A stretch of DNA of 64,000 nt from an uncultured Gemmatimonadota bacterium (GTDB lineage: Bacteria; GCA-2686955): contig CAZBBK010000024.1 of the NCBI GenBank assembly GCA_964490075.1, positions 1-64,000 of the forward strand. Direction: 5' to 3'. The position numbers and the translations under genes are program-made. Shown one piece after another: positions 28,406 to 38,659 of this stretch; the first letter of the stretch is position 1, and every line of letters begins with the position of its first letter. Below the pieces are notes generated by a model that saw only the letters and a program-made list of their open reading frames with translations, searched no databases and was not told where the DNA came from.

Positions 28406-30142
28406 ATGCGTCCCACTTTCCGCTCATCCGCGTTGGTCTTCCTGCTCGCCGTGCTCGCCTGGGCGCCATCGGTCGGCTCGCCCTTCTGGCTCGACGACTA
28501 TCTGCAGGTCGAGCGGGCGGCGGCGCTCTGGACCGACCCGGGCGGCCTGGCCGACGGCTTTCGCTTTTCGTCCGAGGATGTCTCACCGCTCTGGCTCGCC
28601 AATCGGAGTTGGTCGGTCACCTACTTCCGGCCGCTGGTGCAGCTCGTCTTCGCGCTCGACTGGGGCCTGTGGGGCAACCTGGCGTGGGGTTATCACGCCA
28701 CCAATCTGCTGCTGCACGGCATCGCCGCGGTGCTGGTGGCGCTGCTCGCGGCACGATTGAGCGGCCGCCCGGGGGCCGGTCTCTTGGCGGGTCTGATCTT
28801 CGCGGTGCACCCCTCGCACCAGGACAGCGTGGCTTGGATCACCGGCCGCACCGACGTGGTCGCGACGATCGCCTTCCTGGCGGCGTTGTGGGCACATCTG
28901 CGCTGGCGTGGCGGAGACCGAGCCGCCGGCGTCGCGGCGCCGATCCTGCTCGCCGCGGCCTTCCTCGCTAAAGAGAGCGCCGCCGCCTTTGCGCTGGTCG
29001 CGGCCCTGCTGGGGGCGGCCGAACCCTCCGCGGGCGGAGTCCGTGCGCGCATCGCCAGCGCGCTACGCGCCGCCTGGCCCTCTGTGCTCCTCACTCTTTT
29101 CTACCTGGGGGCGCGCCTCGCCGCGGGCGGCTTCGGCAACCCCAGCTCCGCCTACCTGATCACGCCGGCCGATCCCGGCTTCGCCGCCACCGCGCTGTGG
29201 CGCACCTTCCTCTACGCGGCCAACCTGGTGTTCGGGGTTCCGATCGAGCCGGTGGTGGTCGGACCGGCCCTCGCGGCGCGCCCCTGGGCGGTGTGTGTGC
29301 TGGTCGCCTTGCTGGTGGGGGCGATCGGGTGGGCGCAGCGTCGGGCCCGGCCCGACCGCGGCGTGCTGCTGGGCCTGGCGATCTTCGTGCTGACACTGGC
29401 CCCCGCCATCGGAGTGGTGGCCGGCCAGCGCTTCCTCTATCTGCCCTCCGCCGGCTTCGCGTGCGCGATCGGCGCAGCGTTCGGCGGCTGGATCGACGCA
29501 CGCCGATGGGTGGTCGGCGGCATCTGCCTCCTGCTGGTCGCCGCCTCTTGGGTGAAGATCGCCTTTCGCGACGACCTGATCCGCGACACCATGGCGCCGC
29601 TCCACGCCCTGGCGTCTCGGAGCATCGCGCCCGGCCCCGGGGAGCGCCTCTACTTCGTCGATCTTCCCCCCTTGGTCTGCATGGGATTCGCTGCCGCGGT
29701 GCGCAACATCCTGCGCCTTCCGCGGGTCGAGGTGCGCGCTCTGACCCTGGCGCCCGATCTGCCGCCGAGCGTGAGCCGTTGGGTGGGGAGCGCGCCGGGC
29801 GACGGCGGGGAGACGCGGCTGGGGCGCGATCGACAAGGACGGCTGATCGTGGAGCGCGTGGGGGGGGAGTACTTCGCCAGCTTCATGGAGCGCTTCTTCC
29901 TGTGGGGTGAGAAGCCGCCGGCGCCGGGCACCCGGCTGCGCGCGGGCGAGCTGGCGGTCGAGATCGGCGCCGCGGGCGGGCGCGGCGGGGTGCAGGCGCT
30001 GGCCTTCGACATCGAGGGGGGCGTCGACGCGGCGCGCAACTGGATCTTGCGCTGCTCCCCCGGGACCGTGGAGCGCATCGAGCCGGCGCAGCTGCCGCTG
30101 GTCGAGCTCAGGTCCGTGCCGGTCGCGGGGACCATGCCATGA
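28406..30142 (+). CDS. TMTC-like GT-C fold membrane glycosyltransferase (no TPRs)
   Basis: LDDY, YFRPL, YHATNLLLH, FAVHP...SVAWITGRTD, AKES, QRFLYLPSAG. Confidence 0.75.
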   Translation: MRPTFRSSALVFLLAVLAWAPSVGSPFWLDDYLQVERAAALWTDPGGLADGFRFSSEDVSPLWLANRSWSVTYFRPLVQLVFALDWGLWGNLAWGYHATNLLLHGIAAVLVALLAARLSGRPGAGLLAGLIFAVHPSHQDSVAWITGRTDVVATIAFLAALWAHLRWRGGDRAAGVAAPILLAAAFLAKESAAAFALVAALLGAAEPSAGGVRARIASALRAAWPSVLLTLFYLGARLAAGGFGNPSSAYLITPADPGFAATALWRTFLYAANLVFGVPIEPVVVGPALAARPWAVCVLVALLVGAIGWAQRRARPDRGVLLGLAIFVLTLAPAIGVVAGQRFLYLPSAGFACAIGAAFGGWIDARRWVVGGICLLLVAASWVKIAFRDDLIRDTMAPLHALASRSIAPGPGERLYFVDLPPLVCMGFAAAVRNILRLPRVEVRALTLAPDLPPSVSRWVGSAPGDGGETRLGRDRQGRLIVERVGGEYFASFMERFFLWGEKPPAPGTRLRAGELAVEIGAAGGRGGVQALAFDIEGGVDAARNWILRCSPGTVERIEPAQLPLVELRSVPVAGTMP

Positions 30143-32394
30143 GCGCCGGCGCAGCTCCTCTCGAGAGCTCCTCGTGGAGCAGATCGCTGTGGATGGGCCT
30201 CACCGTCGGTCTGGTCAACGGCGTGTGTGCGGCGCTGGCCGCCCTCTGGACATCGAACCCCTTGCTCGGAAGCTGGTACTTCGTCTGGGAGTACGGCCTG
30301 CGGCTCCTCGCCCGCGCGGTGCCGGAATGGCTGGCCGCCAGCCTCGGCAGCTCGGCCGGTACGTTCACGCTCTTCGGCCTCGCGGGGCTGCTCTCCGGCC
30401 TGGTGCATTGGGGACTGCTGGCGCCTCTGTCGCGCCGGCTCGCCGGCGGCGCACGTCTGGCGCGCGCCCACGTCGCCCTCGGCGCCTTCCTGTCGGTATT
30501 CGTCTACGGGCTGGTCAGCACCTTCGACATCGCCTTCAGCCACGCCGAGCTCACCGCGATGGCGCAGCGCATGATCGCGGTGATCTTCGTGGCCGCCGTG
30601 GGGATCGGCTGTCTGGGGGGGCGCCTGCTCGCCCCGGCGCTCGAGCGCGCGGCGCGGCGGCCGTGCCGTGGGAGCGCCCTCGCGCTGGCGGCGGTCGCGG
30701 TGTTGGGGCCCGGCCTCGGCGCGGCGCTGGGCGAGCGCGGCCGTCGCCAACGAGACGCCGGACCGGTCTACCAGACGCCTCCCGGCCGGGTGATCCTGCT
30801 GGGTATCGACGGACTGGAACGTGGAATCGTCCACGACCTGATGCGGGCGGGGAGGATGCCCAACTTCGCCCGCGCGGTCGAAGGCGGTACGATCGGTCCC
30901 CTGCGCACCATCATTCCCTACTACTCGCCGGTGGTCTGGACCTCGGTCGCCACCGGCAAGCGTCCTCCCAAGCACGGCGTCACAGGCTTCGTCGATGCCG
31001 AGACCCACGACGCGGATCTGCTGGATCGGCGTGACATCCAGGCCGCGGCGCTGTGGGATATCGTGGCGGCCCGCGATCTGCGCGGGGGCTTCGTGAACTG
31101 GTACTACACCTGGCCGGCGGTGCTGCCGGGCGATGGATACATGATTTCCGACCGTCTGGTCTACACCGACCTGCCGATGAACGTCGCCCCCGACTCGTTG
31201 GCACCGGTGGTCGCCGACCAGGTCGCCGGCGCCCGCGACGCCTTTTCGATGAGAGACTACGTTTCGCTAGACTACGATGAGGACTACACCCGCTTTGCAC
31301 GCAACACGGCGGACTACGAGCGGCACCATTTCTACAAGGTGGTGCGCAGATCGATCGCCCGTGACATCACTGCGATCCGCGCGGCGGTCGAGATCGAGCG
31401 GCTGAGCCCACGGCCCTCCGACCTGCTGGCGGTCTACATCCGTGCCAGCGATGCGGTCGCGCACATCCATTGGAAACACCATGTGGCGAGCCGCAACCCC
31501 GGCCTGGCAAGCTGGCTATGGGATGTGCAGGAAGCCGACGTCGAGGCGTTCGGCGAAGCGGTGCGCAGCTACTACGTGACGGTCGATCGGCTCCTGGGCG
31601 AAATCATGTCGCTGATGGATGAGCGCACCACCCTGATCATCGCTTCCGACCACGGCTTCGGCTTCAATCTCGCGGGAGGCAGGGCCGTGAAAGTCGATCG
31701 CCTGCTGGCCGCGCTGGGCTATCTGCACTTCGAGGAGGGCAGCGACACGATCGACTGGCAGCGCACGGCGTTTTTCGACAACCCGAACAACTTGCGCATC
31801 GCCGCCGAGCGGCGCATCTCCGCCAATCTCGCCGGGCGCGAGCCGCAGGGCACGCAGACGGTCGAGGCGAACCGTCGCGATGCGGCCGAGCTGGCCGCAG
31901 CGCTGAAGAGCTTGCGAACCACCGAGGGGGTGCCGGTGTTCAGCGACGTGCGCAGCTCCGGGCTCGAAGGAGGAATCGACCTGGTGGTCGAGATCGAGAC
32001 CGATCTGGCGCTCGACGGCGAGGTCGATCTCGGCGCGGGACGGAGCTTTCCGGTCTCCGAGATGGCGGTCAACTTCGGGATCTCGGGAATGCACCGCATG
32101 GACGCGACTCTGGTGATCTTCGGGCACGGCGTGCGCAAGGACGCGCTTCCGCGCGGCGCGGGAGTGTTGGATGTGGCGCCGACCGTGTTGCATCTGCTGG
32201 GGCATCCGCTGGCACGCGACATGGATGGTCGGGTGCTGCGTGAGCTGCTGGACCCGGACATGGCGGCGCGGCCGGCGGTCTATGTCGACAGCTTCGACGA
32301 GCTCTCGCTGGTCGAGAGCGGGGGCGTGCGCTCCGATGCTCAGGTCGACGAGGTGATCCGCGAGCAGCTCCGATCGCTCGGATACATCCAGTAG
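30139..32394 (+). CDS. Membrane-anchored alkaline phosphatase superfamily (NPP/type I phosphodiesterase-like) protein
   Basis: N-terminal TM bundle; LGIDG, P..SPVVWTSVATG, D..AH, SDHGF, GMH, DVAPT, DMDGRVL; ends LRSLGYIQ. Confidence 0.85.
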   Translation: MSAGAAPLESSSWSRSLWMGLTVGLVNGVCAALAALWTSNPLLGSWYFVWEYGLRLLARAVPEWLAASLGSSAGTFTLFGLAGLLSGLVHWGLLAPLSRRLAGGARLARAHVALGAFLSVFVYGLVSTFDIAFSHAELTAMAQRMIAVIFVAAVGIGCLGGRLLAPALERAARRPCRGSALALAAVAVLGPGLGAALGERGRRQRDAGPVYQTPPGRVILLGIDGLERGIVHDLMRAGRMPNFARAVEGGTIGPLRTIIPYYSPVVWTSVATGKRPPKHGVTGFVDAETHDADLLDRRDIQAAALWDIVAARDLRGGFVNWYYTWPAVLPGDGYMISDRLVYTDLPMNVAPDSLAPVVADQVAGARDAFSMRDYVSLDYDEDYTRFARNTADYERHHFYKVVRRSIARDITAIRAAVEIERLSPRPSDLLAVYIRASDAVAHIHWKHHVASRNPGLASWLWDVQEADVEAFGEAVRSYYVTVDRLLGEIMSLMDERTTLIIASDHGFGFNLAGGRAVKVDRLLAALGYLHFEEGSDTIDWQRTAFFDNPNNLRIAAERRISANLAGREPQGTQTVEANRRDAAELAAALKSLRTTEGVPVFSDVRSSGLEGGIDLVVEIETDLALDGEVDLGAGRSFPVSEMAVNFGISGMHRMDATLVIFGHGVRKDALPRGAGVLDVAPTVLHLLGHPLARDMDGRVLRELLDPDMAARPAVYVDSFDELSLVESGGVRSDAQVDEVIREQLRSLGYIQ

Positions 32395-32402
32395 GTGGGA
32401 TC

Positions 32403-34703
32403 ATGAGGCGTGATTCCGCCGAGCGAGCGCTTCGGATGAGCATCCTGCGGGAGCTCGGCACCGCCGCCGGGATCGGCTTTCCGTTGGGATGGGCGCTGTG
32501 GTGGCTTTCGCGCTCACATTCCGAGAGCGCGCACATCGTCGACACCTTGCTGGAGCTCGTTTTCCTGTTTTGCGGCCGATGGTTGGGTCCCCTGGCGCTG
32601 GGACGCCTGGGAGGAAGCACCGAGCTGGCACTGAGCTGCGGAGTGATCGCCGCGGCGCTCGGGCTGCTGCTGACACCCCTGACCCTGCTCTGGGAGCGCG
32701 CCAGAGGGGGGCCGTGGAAGCCTTGCGAACGCAGCGCCCGGAGGCTGGGGCGCCACGCCGGGCTGCAGGTCGCGCTCCACGCGTCGCTGTGGAGTGCGGT
32801 CGAGCTGAAGTCGCTCGCTTTCGACCTGTTCTTGAGCGGCGACCCGGGCGTCTTGAAGCTGACGCTGGCAGCCGTGACCGGGGCGCTGGTGTTCGGATTC
32901 GTGACCGGTGCCGCGGTGCGCAGCCTGGCCCGGCGTCTGCTCGGGCCGCTCGGAGAATCGCGCCGGCGAGCCTGCGCCCGGTTGATGGCGGCGCTTCCGG
33001 TCGCGGCCTGCGTGCTGCTCGCGATCAGCAGCCGATCGCCGGCCGCCGGATGGCGCGCCGAGCGGGTGGAGACCCTGCGGGCGACGACGCCTTCGACGCC
33101 CACCCGGGTGCTCGTGATCGGTGTTGACGCCGCGTCTTTCGGAATCGTCGCCCCCCTGATCGACGCCGGTCGGCTGCCGGCCCTCGCGGACCTCTTCGCG
33201 CGCGGCGCCGGCGGCCGGCTGCGGGCCGTCATGCCGCCCTTCTCGCCCCCGGTCTGGACCTCGATCGCCACCGGCGTTCGGCCCCTGACGCACGGCATCG
33301 AGGGCTTCTCCGTGCCGCGCCCGGGCAGCTGGGAGTCGGACCTGGTCGGCTCCACGATGCGCCGCGTGCCGGCCTTGTGGGACGTGGCCTCGAGCGCCGG
33401 GATCGAGGTGGTCGTCGGCGGCTGGTTCGCCTCCTTTCCCGCCACCCCGGTGCAAGGCGCGATGGTGAGCGATCGGGCGACCAGCGCGGGTCGGCCGGGG
33501 CGCTGTTTCCCGGACAGCCTGTGCCTGGAGTTGGACCGGATTCTGGCCCGTCTGCAAGCCGACCCGGCGCCCGCGGAGTGGCTCTTCGGTCCCGACTCCA
33601 CGGCCACCGAAGAAGAGCGTGAAGCCCTCGATGTGCTACGCGCCGAGCTGCTCGAGGACCGCCTGATCTGCGCGGTCTCGGACTCCCTGCTGACGCGCCG
33701 CGACTGGCGTCTGGGGATGGTCTACGTGCGTACCACCGATTCGGTGCAGCATCTGTTCTGGAAGTACCGGGCGGCGCGCCGGCATCCACGTCTCGCCGCG
33801 CGTCTGTGGCCGCTCGAGCCGGCGGCGGTGCGGCGCCGGGCCGCCGCCATCGACTCCGTCTACGCCTGGACCGACCGGCGGGTGCGGCGCCTGATCGAGC
33901 TAGCGGGACCCGATGCCGCGGTGATTCTGGTCTCCGACCACGGAGCCGGCGCGCGTCTCGGCGCGGCGCCGAGCTACGATCTGAATCCGCTGCTGCGCGC
34001 CATGGGAGCCCAGTCGATCGACGCCGAGCGTGGCATCGATCTGGCGCGCTCGATCGTCTACGAACGCAGCGCCGAGGTCCCTTATTGGAGCCCGCGCCGC
34101 CGCCTCCACCTCTCGATCGCGGGCCGCGAGCAGGCCGGGCGGCTTTCCGCGCCGGCGGCGGCCGAGACCCGGGACGGGCTGATCGAGGAGCTGCGGGCGA
34201 TCGAACGCTCCGACGGCCGCGCCCTATTCTCCCGGGTGGCGGCGCTCGATCTCGATCCGCGCGATCCCGAGGCGGCCGACATCGCTCTGCGCCTGGCGCG
34301 CGGCTTGCGACCAGAGATGGAAATCAGACTTCCGGGAGGCGGTCGAATCGCGGCGCGCTCGATCGCGCCCCTTTCGCAGGCCAGCTCCTTCTCCGGAAAC
34401 CACCGCGTCGGAGGCATCATCGCCGCCGCCGGCCCCGGCATTCGCGGCCCAGGCGTGCGCCTGCGCGGAGCCTCGGCCCTCGACCTGGCGCCGACCGTCG
34501 CCGTCTTGCTGGGGCTGCCGATCCCCGACGACATGGAGGGGCGGGTTCTCGCCGAGCTGCTCGATCCCGACTGGCTCGAGCAGCATCCCCCGCGGGCTCT
34601 TCCCTCCTGGGGTCGACGGACGATGGGCGAAAGAGCGGTCGACGAGCGCTACAATGACGACGAGTTACGGCGGCGGCTGCGAGCGTTGGGCTACATCCGA
34701 TGA
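32403..34703 (+). CDS. Second membrane-anchored alkaline phosphatase superfamily (NPP-like) protein
   Basis: IGVDA, PPFSPPVWTSIATG, D..QH, SDHG, GNH, DLAPT, DMEGRVL; ends LRALGYIR. Confidence 0.85.
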   Translation: MRRDSAERALRMSILRELGTAAGIGFPLGWALWWLSRSHSESAHIVDTLLELVFLFCGRWLGPLALGRLGGSTELALSCGVIAAALGLLLTPLTLLWERARGGPWKPCERSARRLGRHAGLQVALHASLWSAVELKSLAFDLFLSGDPGVLKLTLAAVTGALVFGFVTGAAVRSLARRLLGPLGESRRRACARLMAALPVAACVLLAISSRSPAAGWRAERVETLRATTPSTPTRVLVIGVDAASFGIVAPLIDAGRLPALADLFARGAGGRLRAVMPPFSPPVWTSIATGVRPLTHGIEGFSVPRPGSWESDLVGSTMRRVPALWDVASSAGIEVVVGGWFASFPATPVQGAMVSDRATSAGRPGRCFPDSLCLELDRILARLQADPAPAEWLFGPDSTATEEEREALDVLRAELLEDRLICAVSDSLLTRRDWRLGMVYVRTTDSVQHLFWKYRAARRHPRLAARLWPLEPAAVRRRAAAIDSVYAWTDRRVRRLIELAGPDAAVILVSDHGAGARLGAAPSYDLNPLLRAMGAQSIDAERGIDLARSIVYERSAEVPYWSPRRRLHLSIAGREQAGRLSAPAAAETRDGLIEELRAIERSDGRALFSRVAALDLDPRDPEAADIALRLARGLRPEMEIRLPGGGRIAARSIAPLSQASSFSGNHRVGGIIAAAGPGIRGPGVRLRGASALDLAPTVAVLLGLPIPDDMEGRVLAELLDPDWLEQHPPRALPSWGRRTMGERAVDERYNDDELRRRLRALGYIR

Positions 34704-34713
34704 GCGGAACGAA

Positions 34714-35370
34714 ATGAGATCCTGGCTCTATCGCAAGGCGGAGCGTTACGACAAGATGTTGCGCATGCTCCACGGCGACACCCTGGGCCGGCGTTTCTCC
34801 GCGATCGCCGAGCTGGTCGGCGAGCACAAGCGGGTGCTCGATCTCGGGGCCGGCACCTGCGCGCTTGCCGGTCATTTACATCCCAGCTGTCGCTATCTCG
34901 GCGCCGAGCTGAACCCGACCTTTCGCGCCCATGCCCAGGCTCGGGGGCTCGAGGTGATCGCGCTCGACGTGTTCGACTTCGGGAACTATCCGCGAAGAGT
35001 CGACGTGATCGTGGCGGGCGACCTGCTCCATCACCTGATCCCGAATCAGCGACATTTCCTGCGCGGCGTGGGACGCCACGGCGCCGCCCAGATTATCATC
35101 TGCGAGAGCTACCCGTACGGAGCCAGGCTCTCCACGCGGATTCTGGGTCCGATTCTGGACAACGACGGTTTCAATAACCTCCCGGCGAGAATCAAGCACC
35201 ATCTTTTCGACGAGTTTACCGAGCAGCGGTTGCGCCGAGAAATGCTCGATGCATTGCCGGAGCGGAGGGCCGAGATCAAGATGCTCTCCGAGCGCACGCA
35301 GCCGGGCAAAGAGCGACGTGGCTGGGACACGATCGTCGCCAGCTTCGTGCGCATGGAGAATCGATCGTGA
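34714..35370 (+). CDS. Class I SAM-dependent methyltransferase
   Basis: VLDLGAGT, DLLHHL. Confidence 0.8.
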   Translation: MRSWLYRKAERYDKMLRMLHGDTLGRRFSAIAELVGEHKRVLDLGAGTCALAGHLHPSCRYLGAELNPTFRAHAQARGLEVIALDVFDFGNYPRRVDVIVAGDLLHHLIPNQRHFLRGVGRHGAAQIIICESYPYGARLSTRILGPILDNDGFNNLPARIKHHLFDEFTEQRLRREMLDALPERRAEIKMLSERTQPGKERRGWDTIVASFVRMENRS

Positions 35371-36374
35371 CGGTAACCAGCCAGGCGCTTCGAGACGCCC
35401 TCGCGCTTCTAGGGGGTCGGCGTGTCGCCGTGATCGGCGACCTGATGGTGGACCAGTACCTGGACGGGGACGCATTGCGGATATCTCCCGAGGCGCCGGT
35501 TCCGGTGGTCGAGGTCGACGCCGCGTCCCATCTCCCCGGCGGGGCCGCGAACGTGGCCCGCAACGTGCGCGTGCTCGGTGGAGAGGTCGCGCTCGTCGGC
35601 CTGGTCGGCGCCGACCAGGCGGCTCAGGACCTGGCGGATCTGCTCGAGACCGAAGGGGTGGGCGGCAACGGGTTGGTGGAGGACCCGGACCGCCCGACGA
35701 CCGTCAAGACCCGGGTGCGGGCGCGGGGCCAGCAGATCGTGCGCATCGATCGGGAACGCACGGTAGCGGCGGGCGCGGTCGCCCAGGCCGCCCTGCTCGA
35801 AGCCGGCCTGAAGGCGCTCGAGGCGAGTGATGCCTTGCTCTTGGAAGACTACGACAAGGGGGTGCTCTCAGCGCCCGTCATCGAGGGCTTGCTGGCCGCG
35901 GCTGAAATGGCCGGCAAGCCGGTCGCGGTCGATCCGAAGTTCCGCAACTTCTTCCGCTACCGGGGAGCGACGGTCTTCAAGCCGAACCAACAAGAGGTGG
36001 AGAAGAGCCTGGGACTGGAAATCGAGGATCAGCAGCAGGCGGTCGAGGCGGGAGCCGAGCTGCGCAAGCGACTGGCCTGCCACGCGGTGTTGCTCACCCG
36101 CGGCGACAAGGGCATGACGCTCATCGAGGAGAAGAGCAAACGCCCGTTCACGGTGCCGGCGAGCGCCCGCGAGGTGTACGATGTCTCGGGCGCCGGCGAC
36201 ACCGTGATCGCGACACTTGCGCTGGCGATGGCGGCGGGCGTGCCCTTGCCCACTGCGACGGTATTGTCGAGCATTGCCGCCGGGATCGAAGTGGGCCGGG
36301 TCGGCGTTGCCGCGGTGGAGGCCGCGTCGATTCTGGCCGCCATCGGCGAGGGAGAGCGAACATGGGGCGCGTAG
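35367..36374 (+). CDS. hldA: D-glycero-beta-D-manno-heptose-7-phosphate kinase (RfaE domain I)
   Basis: GDLMVDQY, RISPEAPVPV, GGAANVA, DYDKG, VYDVSGAGDTV. Confidence 0.95.
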   Translation: MTVTSQALRDALALLGGRRVAVIGDLMVDQYLDGDALRISPEAPVPVVEVDAASHLPGGAANVARNVRVLGGEVALVGLVGADQAAQDLADLLETEGVGGNGLVEDPDRPTTVKTRVRARGQQIVRIDRERTVAAGAVAQAALLEAGLKALEASDALLLEDYDKGVLSAPVIEGLLAAAEMAGKPVAVDPKFRNFFRYRGATVFKPNQQEVEKSLGLEIEDQQQAVEAGAELRKRLACHAVLLTRGDKGMTLIEEKSKRPFTVPASAREVYDVSGAGDTVIATLALAMAAGVPLPTATVLSSIAAGIEVGRVGVAAVEAASILAAIGEGERTWGA

Positions 36375-36850
36375 TGGATCTGCAGGAAGCCGTGCGCGTC
36401 TGCGACCAGGCGCGGCGGGAGGGGAAGCGGATCGTCTTCACCAACGGCTGCTTCGATCTTTTCCACCACGGCCACGTGGAGATCCTCGAGGGCGCCGCGG
36501 TGCTGGGCGATCTGCTGGTCGTGGCGATCAACGACGACGCATCGGTGCGGCGCCTGAAGGGAAGGGGCCGTCCCTTGCAGACGCTGGCGGCGCGGGCCCG
36601 TGTGCTGGCCGCGCTGGCGGTGGTCGACCTGGTGGTTGCTTTCGAAGCGGACACTCCCCTGGAGACGATCGTGGCATTGCGGCCCGAGCAACTGGTGAAA
36701 GGCGCGGACTACGCCGATCGCGAGGTGGTCGGCGCCGAGGAGGTGCGCGGCTGGGGTGGCGCGGTGGAGCTGCTGCCTCTGATCGAAGGCGTTTCCAGCA
36801 GCGATCTGATGCACAGAATCGGGCGAATCGCCCAGAGCGAGGAATCGTGA
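36362..36850 (+). CDS. hldC: D-glycero-beta-D-manno-heptose-1-phosphate adenylyltransferase (RfaE domain II)
   Basis: VFTNGCFDLFHHGH, NDDASVRRLKG.GRP, LVKGADY. Confidence 0.95.
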   Translation: MGRVVDLQEAVRVCDQARREGKRIVFTNGCFDLFHHGHVEILEGAAVLGDLLVVAINDDASVRRLKGRGRPLQTLAARARVLAALAVVDLVVAFEADTPLETIVALRPEQLVKGADYADREVVGAEEVRGWGGAVELLPLIEGVSSSDLMHRIGRIAQSEES

Positions 36851-38040
36851 AGGCGCTGCGTTGGCTGTTTCTGTTGTGGGTCCTCGCCAGCGCGTTCTCG
36901 GTGCTCTGGGTGAGCCAGTGGCGACCGCTCGAAGTGGCCGGCGCCGACGCGCGCTCGGCGGCGCAGGGATGGACCACCCTGACCGGAGCCGTACACGTGC
37001 ACACGCTGGCGTCGGATGGCGGCGGCACGGTGCACGAAGTGGCGCGTGCCGCCGCCAAGGCCGGCCTCGACTTCGTCGTCATCACAGACCACAACACGCT
37101 GCACGCCGCGGACCAGGAAGGTGATCACGGCGGCGTGCTGGTGTTGGCGGGAGTGGAGTGCTCGCGCTCCGACGGACACGTGCTCTTTCTCGGCTCTTCC
37201 GGTCTGCGCGATTCCGACATCGGCGGCGGGGGACGGCGTTTCTTCGACGTTCTCTCCACCTCCCGGGTTCCTTTTGTCGCCCATCCGACCAATGAGCGGC
37301 GGCCCTGGGACGGCAACGTGTGGCCGGCTGGTGGCGGCATGGAGCTGATCAGCTTCAACACGGCATGGCGCGAGCGCTCCCCGATCGAGCTCGCTGCGGC
37401 GATTCTGGCGCTGCCCTTCCGGCGCCGGGCGGCATTCGCATCGATCGTCAGAGAACCCGCCGACGAGCTCGCGATGCTCGACACTCTGGAGACGGTGCCG
37501 CCATTGATCGGATCGGTCGACGCCCACTCCTGCCTGCCGCTTCCTGGCGACCACGTGCTGCGTTTTCCACGCTACGAAGATCTCTTTTCGGTGCTGGTCA
37601 CACGCGTCTATCTGCGGCAGCCCGTGCCTTTCGACGCCGAGCAGCGCATCGAGCGGGTACGACAGGCGCTGGAACGTGGCCGCAGCGAGATCGTGCTTCC
37701 GGCCTTTGGGCCCGTTCCTCCACTGCGTTTCGCCGTGCACACGACCGAGGGCGAGATCGAGGTCGCGGGCGCCCGCCTGCCCGCCTCGCGGGTCGCGCTG
37801 CTCGAAGTGGAGCTGTCGGCCAGCGGCGTGCCGACCGATCTGACCCTGCTGCACGACAACCAGGTGAGCGCGCATTTCGGTCCCGGCACGCCGGGTCGGG
37901 TGCGCATCGTCGGACCCGAGCCCGGCCACTGGCGAGTAGAGGTGCGGCAGGTCCGCGACGCCGAGCGTTTCTGGGGGCCGACCGTGGTGCCGTGGATCTT
38001 CAGCAACGCGATCACCTTGACCTCGGTGCAAGCGCCCTGA
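36847..38040 (+). CDS. Membrane-anchored PHP-domain metallohydrolase
   Basis: HVHT..SDG, ITDHN, GVE, GH, AHP, DAH; N-terminal TM; GTGA overlap. Confidence 0.85.
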   Translation: MKALRWLFLLWVLASAFSVLWVSQWRPLEVAGADARSAAQGWTTLTGAVHVHTLASDGGGTVHEVARAAAKAGLDFVVITDHNTLHAADQEGDHGGVLVLAGVECSRSDGHVLFLGSSGLRDSDIGGGGRRFFDVLSTSRVPFVAHPTNERRPWDGNVWPAGGGMELISFNTAWRERSPIELAAAILALPFRRRAAFASIVREPADELAMLDTLETVPPLIGSVDAHSCLPLPGDHVLRFPRYEDLFSVLVTRVYLRQPVPFDAEQRIERVRQALERGRSEIVLPAFGPVPPLRFAVHTTEGEIEVAGARLPASRVALLEVELSASGVPTDLTLLHDNQVSAHFGPGTPGRVRIVGPEPGHWRVEVRQVRDAERFWGPTVVPWIFSNAITLTSVQAP

Positions 38041-38659
38041 AGTACGAGTGGGCCGACATCCACGCCGAGGCGGGATGCCGGCCCATCGCTCGCCAAGCTC
38101 CAAGGAGGCGGTCGGCATAACTTATCCGGGTGCGCGTCGGGGGAGACGCTATACGGAACTTGGCGATCACCTGGCTAGCGCAAGCTGCGTGCCAGCGACG
38201 GAGAGGGCGAATGGTGGCAGCCGCGAGGCATCGTGCGTCGCCAGAAAACGGTTGATGGATAGGGCTTGTCCGGAGTGGGGGGGCTGGACACCTCGACCGG
38301 CGGTCTCGGGAGGATCGGGCGCCGCTTGCCTATCTGGCGCAGAATCATCCCCTCGGCGGATGCGGCATTGTCATGCTGACAGCTCTCCGCCCGACCTCGC
38401 TCCGGCCGCTCCGCCGCCGCCCCCTGCCCTTCTCGTAGCGGCGCTTGCTCACTGCACTCGACGCGGCGATGCGTGTGGTGAGGCGCGCAGGCTTCTGTGG
38501 CGCCCGCACTTCGCCTGATCAGCGGCGGGCGCTGCTCTGCGCACCGGTGTTCCACACGCGGCGCGCGGGAGAGATAGGGGCTGCCGTCCGCACGACGCCG
38601 CGGCGCGGCGATCTGGCGGGCGAGGCGGGGTGGATGCTCGGCCCGCAACTTGCATGTGA

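Noticed and set aside
36847-38040. PHP protein as a substitute for the missing GmhB phosphatase
   Set aside because: Its N-terminal TM/signal segment suggests an extracytoplasmic active site, whereas heptose-1,7-bisphosphate is cytoplasmic; gmhB may simply lie elsewhere
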